A stretch of 64,000 bases of DNA, taken from IMG/VR virus record IMGVR_UViG_3300042893_001103, positions 1 through 64,000 of that record; one strand, written 5' to 3'. The DNA comes from a virus. Both the position numbers and the translations under genes were made by a program. Position 1 is the first letter of the stretch, and every line of letters starts with the position of its first letter. Shown here piece by piece: positions 47,479 through 55,592 of this stretch. The notes beneath the pieces were generated by a model. That model was not told the origin of the DNA and searched no databases. It saw only the letters and a program-made list of their open reading frames with translations.

Positions 47479-49465
47479 AGAAATAAATTTCGTCAAAAGA
47501 AGAATTACTCTTCTTTCCGTAAAAACGGTTCGTAAGGTAAATCCCGTAATAACCATGCGCTTAAACGGCCAACAAAACGTAATAGATTACAAGGCTTTAG
47601 CAAAGCGCTCCGGTCTGACACGCAAGTACAGTGTGAAGGTCGGAATACTTGGTACGCATTCTACAATTGGTCAAGGAGCGCAGGCCATCGGTTCGGCAGC
47701 CATTCCGGGCAACCTGAGCCCTCTACGAAGCCCTATCAGGTCTGGTGCGTGGGGTGCCCTAACTCCCGGAAAACCAAGAATCCCTGGCGGTACTGGTGGA
47801 GCAAATCGTGCTAGTCGTTGCCCAGAGGGGTATCAATACGGCGGTCGTTTTACCGACTCGCGTTTTTCCACATGTGGCGCAAAACTGTTTGACATACCTT
47901 CTGCTATTGGTGTGGCAATCGGAGCACTAAGAAGAATAGCCCGTGGCGCTAGAGCAATTGCAGGACAGTCAACCCCAATCACTGGCGAGACTCCACAAGA
48001 TTCAATAGTTGATTCAAGACGTCCCCAGATTCCGAGAGTCGGAAACCCCAACCCAGTAGCACGCGCGGCTGCAGCAAAAAACATTGTCTCTCAAATCGGG
48101 CAGTCTGATGCGGCTGTCGTAAGAATGGTCAGAAAAGACGGGTTTGCGTTAGAACCAGTAGTTCCAGCACAGGTACTAAGAGCGATTCCAGACAACAGAG
48201 ACATGGAAGGCGCTGATTACATATTGTCAGTTCAGGGCCTTCCTCAACTAGGCGGAGAAGAACTTGGACTCCTCTCAAATACTGGGGTAACAAAACTTAC
48301 GTACGTTCTTCCAGGAGGCTCAACGCTGTCCCTTGAAAAGAAGAGACAACTAACTGTTGGTGAAAGAAGAAAACTTGGACGCACGGTTAATGCTGCGTCA
48401 AAAATTGACATTACCAATGACCCAACTGCACGATTAAAAGAAGTGGTTGCTCAAACTGGTGACGGAATAGGTTATTCAGAAAATTTCATAAATGTAAAAA
48501 ACCCCAATGAAGTTGTTTCCGCAGGTGGGAAATCACTCCCACGATGGGCTGATGAATTGTTTGGTAAGGGCAGAAAAGCGAAGCCACTAGCCAATGCAGA
48601 AAGAGCAACAGACTCAAATAGCGCCGTAGGAAAAAACATAACAAGCGTTGACGCTGCAGTTGACCAAATAATGTCTGGAAGACCACTTTCGGAAATTGAC
48701 CCAATGATTTTACAGCAAGCACTTACAAAGGCAAACGTATTCAAGAGACAAAAATTGGACCAAAGAAGAGAATTGCTTGAAACGCCTAATGGCAATAAGT
48801 ACATGCTCTATTCCTCGTCTGGAAAATATGAGCACCTTGGTCAAAAACTTGCAAGCGATATCCAGCAGCATCTTGGTCTTGAGTCGCCAGACGTTTTCTT
48901 TGTCGGTGAAGGAGATAAGAGAAAATACATAGTTGAGGATGCCTCTTCTCTAATTAGAGGATTTCAGGTTGACCGCAGGCGCAAATTCTCTGACTACAAA
49001 CCAGAAGATGTGGCAAAAATGCTTGTATCCGACTGGCTCACAGACCAGAGAGACAGAGACCCTGGTTCTATAGTTCCAGTTTCAAATGGAACAGACACGA
49101 AACCGGTTGTTACCAATAACTTCACTTCCGGACTTGCGGACCTTGATGAAGTGTCAATTGTTGAGCGTCAAAAACTGACCTTCTCTCAATTCATGGATGT
49201 AAAAAGAACTGAAACATACTCACAGTATTTTCAAAACCTGCAGCAACAGCAAAGATTTGCCTTCAGAAGAGAGATTGACGCTCTACTATTAAGAGCAAGA
49301 CAATTTAACTTTACACAATTCAAAAATCGCCTTTACAGTGATGGTCGCTTAACTGATGCTGAAAAAGCCCACCTAAATATTATTGGGCGTATTTTAGAAA
49401 CAAGAATTCAAAACTACGCAGGTAGTAGGGAAAATTTAATGGAAATCCTCGGAGTCAAAAAATGA
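47459..49465 (+). CDS. Polyvalent protein with degenerate JAB-like and HipA-like pseudokinase domains
   Basis: RCPEGYQYGGRFT; KLASDIQQHLGLESP; DWLTDQRDRDPGSI. Confidence 0.6.
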   Translation: MTTLSNREINFVKRRITLLSVKTVRKVNPVITMRLNGQQNVIDYKALAKRSGLTRKYSVKVGILGTHSTIGQGAQAIGSAAIPGNLSPLRSPIRSGAWGALTPGKPRIPGGTGGANRASRCPEGYQYGGRFTDSRFSTCGAKLFDIPSAIGVAIGALRRIARGARAIAGQSTPITGETPQDSIVDSRRPQIPRVGNPNPVARAAAAKNIVSQIGQSDAAVVRMVRKDGFALEPVVPAQVLRAIPDNRDMEGADYILSVQGLPQLGGEELGLLSNTGVTKLTYVLPGGSTLSLEKKRQLTVGERRKLGRTVNAASKIDITNDPTARLKEVVAQTGDGIGYSENFINVKNPNEVVSAGGKSLPRWADELFGKGRKAKPLANAERATDSNSAVGKNITSVDAAVDQIMSGRPLSEIDPMILQQALTKANVFKRQKLDQRRELLETPNGNKYMLYSSSGKYEHLGQKLASDIQQHLGLESPDVFFVGEGDKRKYIVEDASSLIRGFQVDRRRKFSDYKPEDVAKMLVSDWLTDQRDRDPGSIVPVSNGTDTKPVVTNNFTSGLADLDEVSIVERQKLTFSQFMDVKRTETYSQYFQNLQQQQRFAFRREIDALLLRARQFNFTQFKNRLYSDGRLTDAEKAHLNIIGRILETRIQNYAGSRENLMEILGVKK

Positions 49466-52400
49466 AAAAAGTATCTACCCTATTTGATGCGTTGCGTAAT
49501 GAAAAGTTTGCTATTGCTGTTCAGGACGACTATGGAGTTAAATACTACGGCTCTGAAGGTCAAGCAAGAGAATGGGCGGACTGGGCAAACTCTTTTAATA
49601 CCAAGACACTTGACACAAATAATCTTCCAGCAGGAATTATTCAGGGTCCATATAAAAACGTTAGTGAGCATTCTCTCAAGTCCTTACTGAATGCTTTTGG
49701 TAACAACGTTACGGAAATTAACAACTCTTTCACCGACTCTAAGGCGTACTCATATAAAAGTTCCATGAAGATGGATAATGGCGCTCGCGTTCCAGCAGTA
49801 ATGGACACACCAATTGGGCACTTTACTAAATCCCAATACGCAAGCGCAGTAAATTACAAAGGTCTAGTTATTCGTACTCAAATCAAAGAAGGAAGTTTTC
49901 TTTTTGAGGCAAAAGTAAATAATTATGCATTTAACTTTGAAAACTGGATGTACAACTCAACTCCTTCAAAAGCGGAGATTAAATCCCTTCGCAACAGAAT
50001 TGATACAAACGTAGGTCGTTCTTCGGAAAGACGTTTAGGAATGAAACTGAAGGCCGCCCTCGTTGAAAGAGACGGACGCTACAGAATTGGGTATGCACAA
50101 ACCCTAGAAACCAAGTCGCTTGAAGATTCTCTTGAGGTAAAAGGAATTGGCGAAAGAATAGGCGGAGGAGCACGCATCGGAAGAAGAGCGGCTCGTAGTA
50201 TGGCCATGTTTGACCCAAAGGCTTGGGACGGCGATGGTGACGGCGTAGTTCAAGAAGGTACTCCTTTTGAGAGACCAGCAATTCCTGGAGTCAACGACAA
50301 AACAACTGGTGGAGTTGTTGATGCAGATGCTGCAAAAAAGGCATGGAAAGAATCTCAGAAGACTCCAGGCAGTTCAACGCCTTCAAGAGAGTCAAGCCCT
50401 AGACGCAGGGTTTCCAACGCAGCAGGCTCAGCAGATAGACAAGTTTTTACTACTCGCACGCCAGCCGCAGCAGGTCGCAAAATACCTGACTCAAAGCCGA
50501 TAAGTAGAAGCGGTCTAGCGTCACGAACACAGGCTGATATTGATAAAGAAGTATCAAAGCAAGTCACAGACACGGCAAAAGAAGTTCTTACCAAGAAATC
50601 AACGTCCACCGATTTACGTTCACTGATTAGTGGCCTCGGTCCTGACGGAGCAACAGAACTAAGCAGAGACCAGCAAGACAGAATTAACGACATTATTGAT
50701 GCGTTTGATAATGACGAATATGAAAATAATGAAGATTTTATTTCGGAAATTGCAAATGTTTTGCAAAAAAAGATTCCCGTAAATCAAAAACCAAAACAAA
50801 CAGGCATGCGTTCACGTGTTGGTAAAGCACAAATGGATAGACAGGTTCAGGGTCTTGCGTCACGTAGTGGTCGTTCAAAAACAAAATCAAAACTTAAAGC
50901 AACACCAGGCCGTGATGCTGTTGACGAAAAAGATGGTTCCCTTTGGGCTTCACTTACTCCGGAACAACAGGATGTTGTAAAGAAAAACACACAAGCAGCG
51001 TACGACGGACTTCAGACATACATCAAGAAAGATAAATACCTAAGCACGTGGTGGAATGACTTTTTGAGTCTTAATCGCAAAAAGAAAGCAACTGACGCAG
51101 ACGGAAAACCCTGGTCCGACCAGTCAAGAATTTCTGGAGAAGCATTTACTTCTTTTGAAGTTGCGTTAAACGGTGCTCTTTCTGGTGAAAATTCAGACAT
51201 AGCGTCTGCAGAGTCTGGTCTTGCAGCAATGAGGGCCACTCTGTCCGATGCTGAAATCAAAAAAGCAGAAAATAGAATTGCAGCACAGAAAAAAAGAGTT
51301 GAAAGACTTCAAAAAGTCTTAGACGACCTTAGAACTTATGACCAAATGGATAAATCTGACGACTGGTCGCTTCTTGAGCACCTTCACCCAGAACAAAGAA
51401 AAAAGTCTTTTGGTCTTGGACTTAGCAAGAGTGAAGCCGACATGACGGTAAGTCCTTTTGCTGATGGAAAACTTCCAAAGGGAATGAAGGTTGGGGAGCC
51501 ATCAACCATCTTTGAAGAAGTTGGTGGAATGAAGAGAGCCGCTCCACGACTCATCGGAGAAAAAGGTGACGCAAAACTTGAAGACCTTGCAAACAGAATT
51601 CTTCGCCCGAATCCGCAAAGAGCAGCACGTCGCGCTGTTAGAAAACAGAAAAAGGCTGGTCGTTCAGGTTTCAGAATTGAACAAGAAGACAAACCTGATA
51701 TTACAAGCAAGATTAAAAAAAGAATTAAAAAAGCCAAACGAGCAGTCAAAAGAACCTTTGGAAAACAAAGAAACGAATCAAAAATTCTTAACGGAATCAG
51801 AAGAGAACAAACTGTTAGAATTTTTGAAAGAGACCCAGATGGAAAAATTGTTATTGGAAAAGAAACAATTCAACTACTTGACGAAGTCGTTAATAAGGCA
51901 CGCCAGAATAACGGTCGTGGAGAATTCAAGGGTCAAGCAGACGCAAACATGCTCCTTGGTTTCTTGTGGGAAAACAATGGCTTCAACAGACAGCCAGCCC
52001 GCTTATCGGAAGATGAAGCAATGGCTTTGATTGATGCTGGATGGCACCCAATCAAGAGAGGCGTTTCTGCTGAAGAATATGCGGATGAATATTTAACAGA
52101 ATCTCGCAGAAGAATTACTGGTTCCAACGGAGAAATGGAAGGACCTGGAGAATACTGGTCAAATGCTGTTTCAACAAACTGGGATGACCCAAGATATTGG
52201 GGTAAACCGACCGAAAGCAATGGATTGTTTGGATTTCTAAGTCCTGATTATAGGGTTGCTTCAAGAGTTGATAGAGAACGTATGGCTTCGGAATATCAAA
52301 AGTTTGCACAAGCATTTGAAAATGTAATTTCTGTAATGCCCAAAGGCGAAGCAGAAAAAATGGAACCCGCAGATTTCATGAGAGAACTACGTACCGCTCT

Positions 52401-52749
52401 TTCAAGGAACGTTGCAGACGGCGACCCAGTATGGGATGGCGAAGTTGGACAAATGTGGTCTTCGTTGATGAGTGCTTACGAATCATCCAGTGGACCAGAA
52501 AAAACACAACTATGGAATGTAATTAATTTTATGTCTACTCAACTTACAAGACAAACAAGATGGGAAAACTATGTTCCTTTAATTTTAGGCTACGATGGCA
52601 TTGATACCGGAGACAACACAGTAAGAACTGGTGGAACGGCCGCTGGAAAACAAGTCCTTATTTTCAATAGACAGGGCCTTGCTGTTCTTGACACGCCAAT
52701 AAGCATTAAGGGAATTAATGACATTCTTAAGGAAGCAGATAAAAAATGA
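49462..52749 (+). CDS. Polyvalent protein with C-terminal ADP-ribosyltransferase-like domain
   Basis: FDPKAWDGDGDG motif; NGFNRQP...IKRG...GEMEGPGEYW...LGYDGID...VLIFNR. Confidence 0.6.
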   Translation: MKKVSTLFDALRNEKFAIAVQDDYGVKYYGSEGQAREWADWANSFNTKTLDTNNLPAGIIQGPYKNVSEHSLKSLLNAFGNNVTEINNSFTDSKAYSYKSSMKMDNGARVPAVMDTPIGHFTKSQYASAVNYKGLVIRTQIKEGSFLFEAKVNNYAFNFENWMYNSTPSKAEIKSLRNRIDTNVGRSSERRLGMKLKAALVERDGRYRIGYAQTLETKSLEDSLEVKGIGERIGGGARIGRRAARSMAMFDPKAWDGDGDGVVQEGTPFERPAIPGVNDKTTGGVVDADAAKKAWKESQKTPGSSTPSRESSPRRRVSNAAGSADRQVFTTRTPAAAGRKIPDSKPISRSGLASRTQADIDKEVSKQVTDTAKEVLTKKSTSTDLRSLISGLGPDGATELSRDQQDRINDIIDAFDNDEYENNEDFISEIANVLQKKIPVNQKPKQTGMRSRVGKAQMDRQVQGLASRSGRSKTKSKLKATPGRDAVDEKDGSLWASLTPEQQDVVKKNTQAAYDGLQTYIKKDKYLSTWWNDFLSLNRKKKATDADGKPWSDQSRISGEAFTSFEVALNGALSGENSDIASAESGLAAMRATLSDAEIKKAENRIAAQKKRVERLQKVLDDLRTYDQMDKSDDWSLLEHLHPEQRKKSFGLGLSKSEADMTVSPFADGKLPKGMKVGEPSTIFEEVGGMKRAAPRLIGEKGDAKLEDLANRILRPNPQRAARRAVRKQKKAGRSGFRIEQEDKPDITSKIKKRIKKAKRAVKRTFGKQRNESKILNGIRREQTVRIFERDPDGKIVIGKETIQLLDEVVNKARQNNGRGEFKGQADANMLLGFLWENNGFNRQPARLSEDEAMALIDAGWHPIKRGVSAEEYADEYLTESRRRITGSNGEMEGPGEYWSNAVSTNWDDPRYWGKPTESNGLFGFLSPDYRVASRVDRERMASEYQKFAQAFENVISVMPKGEAEKMEPADFMRELRTALSRNVADGDPVWDGEVGQMWSSLMSAYESSSGPEKTQLWNVINFMSTQLTRQTRWENYVPLILGYDGIDTGDNTVRTGGTAAGKQVLIFNRQGLAVLDTPISIKGINDILKEADKK

Positions 52750-53075
52750 GTGACAAAGATACGTTTCATGAAAAACACTTGGAGTATTCAAAACTAACAA
52801 AATACCCTCCCTTTACAATTAGTTTGAAAAAGGCTCGCGAATTTGGGAATGACTTTTTAAAAGAAGAAGACAGGATTTTTTCTGAAGTTGATTCCGGTAA
52901 CGAAGATGCATGGGCTCGCGCATTTTCAACAATGGAAGTAAAATGGGATGACGATATTGAGGAAGCACGTCTTTACCAAAAACGATACGGTGACAATATT
53001 CTTGAGGCAAGAAAAGCAGCAATGAAATTAAACAACCTAACCGAAGACGACAAAGACGTTCCTCTGTTTATTTAA
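52746..53075 (+). CDS. Hypothetical protein (candidate immunity/partner)
   Basis: 109 aa, charged, ATGA-coupled to the ART-like gene. Confidence 0.6.
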   Translation: MSDKDTFHEKHLEYSKLTKYPPFTISLKKAREFGNDFLKEEDRIFSEVDSGNEDAWARAFSTMEVKWDDDIEEARLYQKRYGDNILEARKAAMKLNNLTEDDKDVPLFI

Positions 53076-53077
53076 TT

Positions 53078-55453
53078 ATGGAAGATTCGCTTGTTGGTAA
53101 AATTGCTGCCGTTAGGCAAGCAGCGGACATGGGCTGCTTCGGCGCGCATCAAATTTCAAATGGCGATTGGCTTCCATGCTCATCAACTAAACAGTTTTTG
53201 ACAATTATGAACGGATTTGATGTCAAGTCAAGAATTTCTCTTGACGAGATGGAGAACTGGTCTTCAATAAGAAAGTCAAAAGGCAAAAAACGCAAGAAGC
53301 GTTGGGAAAAACTTCGCGAGAGAAGAATTCTAGGAATTGAATCACTTGACAACGGTGGTCTTGTTTCTCCAAGAAATTCAATGAATATGGTTAATGGTGG
53401 CACTAACCCCCCAATAACTTATGGTGCTTCAAATCCTTCAAGCATGTCTACGAAGAGCATTCAGCCAGCATTCATGCCCAGAGACAATGACCCTGACGTA
53501 TTTGTGGACATTGAATCAGCAAGAAAAAGAGCACAACAACTTGGATGCATCGGTATAAGTAGAAGAATGTCAAAAGGCGGCAAAACCGTATGGATGCCAT
53601 GTACCAACATTACCGACTACAACAATTTGACAGGAATGACTGCTCTTGGAAGAAATAATCTTCAGAAAAGAAATGAAAAAATAGTCAGAACCGTTATAAA
53701 AGAAAATCTTAAAAAGAAAAAAACAACGATTCAAGAAGATATATACGGCAAGGCTCTTGGCCCAAGAATACGAGGCATAGCCCGTGCGGCAATGTCTAGA
53801 TTTGACCCTGATGCTTTTGACGGAGACGAAGATGGAATTATCCAGGACGGAACAGCGTTTGAAAGACCCAACACTCCGAATGCTCGCATCCCCAAGACTG
53901 TAGATAGGGAAGTTTCTCCCTCCGAAGTTTCGGCAGTACGCAAGTGGATGAGTGCCATGACTTCTTCAGATATGGATTCCTTCCGAGGCGAACCGATTGA
54001 AGCATACGATGGTGTTCCTGGTTCAAGACGTGGCTTGGCATCTAGTGGGCCCGGTTTCATTATTGACCCCAAGGGTCCAAAACAAATGGGCGGAAGAATG
54101 GCACCAAAGCCATTGGCCATAACAGAACTAAGAAACCCAGAAGCCAGTCCGACCAATCCGTTTAGAAATCTTGGTGGAAGATTGATGAGCAAATTGATTA
54201 GAGGAATGGTAAAGCCCGAACACAGACGTAAGCAAGAGAGAACAACCTATCTAATTGGAGGCAATACTGGTTCCGGAAAAACCACCGTACTTGACGAACA
54301 CTTAATACCAAAAGGATTGGTTCCTTCACACGAAGAGGCTGCCCTTATTGACCCAGACTTTATTAAGAAAGGTCTTGTTGGATATGACGATGGACAAGGC
54401 GCTGGTCGTGTTCACAGAGAGTCTCAAGCATCAACCGACAAGACAATCAGGGATGCCGTTTTGGACGAACTGGACATGGTAATTACGGGTTCTGGGGCAT
54501 CAAGACAAATCCAACACATGCGTGAAGCGTCTGAGCGTGGTGAAAAAGTAGTGGGCCACTGGGTTCATGTTCCGCAACGAGAAGCATCTAGACGCATTAA
54601 GAAGAGAGTGGATGAGACCAACAGGTATATACCTGACAACACCGCCCACATGGCACAAAGCATTCCTAAGGTTATTTCAACAGGCTTTGAAGAAGACTTA
54701 CTAGACGAGTTCTATTTATGGGACAACGATGTTCCAGCAGGTTCACCACCAAAACTAATTGCAAAAAAATCCAAAGGAAAAGATTTTGAGATATTTGACC
54801 AGTCAAAATTTGAAGAATTTGCTGGAAGTAAAAAATGGGCAGACACGTGGGTGGAAACGTCAGAAGACAGAGACGTGTCAAGAAAAGGTTTTGAGTCCTC
54901 AAGTTACACAGGCAAAGAAGCCGCAGTTGCTTTAAGAGAGTCTGGTTTTGAAGTAATCATTGACAAAAATATAGAAGTTCGTCTTCCTGCAGGAAGTGAT
55001 GCAGAAAAATTCTTTATAGAACGAGTTCTACCATATATGCCAAACAAATTTGGAAGAACGAACACACACGCGTCACGACTTACCCTGCCAGGGATTCCAA
55101 TTGTTGAAGACGTACAAAAGTTGCTCGGGGTGAGTATTGATAAAAGAAAAATTGTTGACAAAAACTATCGTAAAAAATTTAAAATGCAACTCATGTCAAA
55201 CGACCTAGAAGTTTTAGCAGAACTTTTTGCTAAAGCCCCTATTGTTGGTCCAAACGGCGAATCAAGGTTTGGCGATATGTTGCTTACTAACGTTGGTGTT
55301 GAGTTTGATGAAACAGTAAAGCAAATTGCTAAAAAGGCTGGTTTTTTGGAAAAAGAAATTTCAATGTTGATAAGTGAAGGGTTCACGAAAGAAGATATTG
55401 AGAAAATGTCAAAAGAAGAAATACAAGAACTACTAGACGCGCTTCCGGAATGA
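53078..55453 (+). CDS. Polyvalent protein: two DUF3721-like Cys motifs plus a zeta-toxin-like P-loop kinase
   Basis: A..MGCFGAH..WLPC and A..LGCIG..WMPC; GGNTGSGKTT, IDPDFIK, VHRES, RIKKRVDETNRYIP, LWDND. Confidence 0.75.
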   Translation: MEDSLVGKIAAVRQAADMGCFGAHQISNGDWLPCSSTKQFLTIMNGFDVKSRISLDEMENWSSIRKSKGKKRKKRWEKLRERRILGIESLDNGGLVSPRNSMNMVNGGTNPPITYGASNPSSMSTKSIQPAFMPRDNDPDVFVDIESARKRAQQLGCIGISRRMSKGGKTVWMPCTNITDYNNLTGMTALGRNNLQKRNEKIVRTVIKENLKKKKTTIQEDIYGKALGPRIRGIARAAMSRFDPDAFDGDEDGIIQDGTAFERPNTPNARIPKTVDREVSPSEVSAVRKWMSAMTSSDMDSFRGEPIEAYDGVPGSRRGLASSGPGFIIDPKGPKQMGGRMAPKPLAITELRNPEASPTNPFRNLGGRLMSKLIRGMVKPEHRRKQERTTYLIGGNTGSGKTTVLDEHLIPKGLVPSHEEAALIDPDFIKKGLVGYDDGQGAGRVHRESQASTDKTIRDAVLDELDMVITGSGASRQIQHMREASERGEKVVGHWVHVPQREASRRIKKRVDETNRYIPDNTAHMAQSIPKVISTGFEEDLLDEFYLWDNDVPAGSPPKLIAKKSKGKDFEIFDQSKFEEFAGSKKWADTWVETSEDRDVSRKGFESSSYTGKEAAVALRESGFEVIIDKNIEVRLPAGSDAEKFFIERVLPYMPNKFGRTNTHASRLTLPGIPIVEDVQKLLGVSIDKRKIVDKNYRKKFKMQLMSNDLEVLAELFAKAPIVGPNGESRFGDMLLTNVGVEFDETVKQIAKKAGFLEKEISMLISEGFTKEDIEKMSKEEIQELLDALPE

Positions 55454-55592
55454 AAGTTTCAACAATTACAACAAACATGTGATACCTCCACTACAGCCCT
55501 TGAAATAAGGTTATTATTTTTTAATAGGGCTTGGTGCTTACCTGGGCCGTCCAATCAATAAACAAAAATAATTCCAACCAGGAGAAAATACA

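Noticed and set aside
34191-50350. Near-identical DGDGDG segments as a diversity-generating retroelement template/variable pair
   Set aside because: Differences are mostly synonymous and not adenine-specific, and no reverse transcriptase is present in the window
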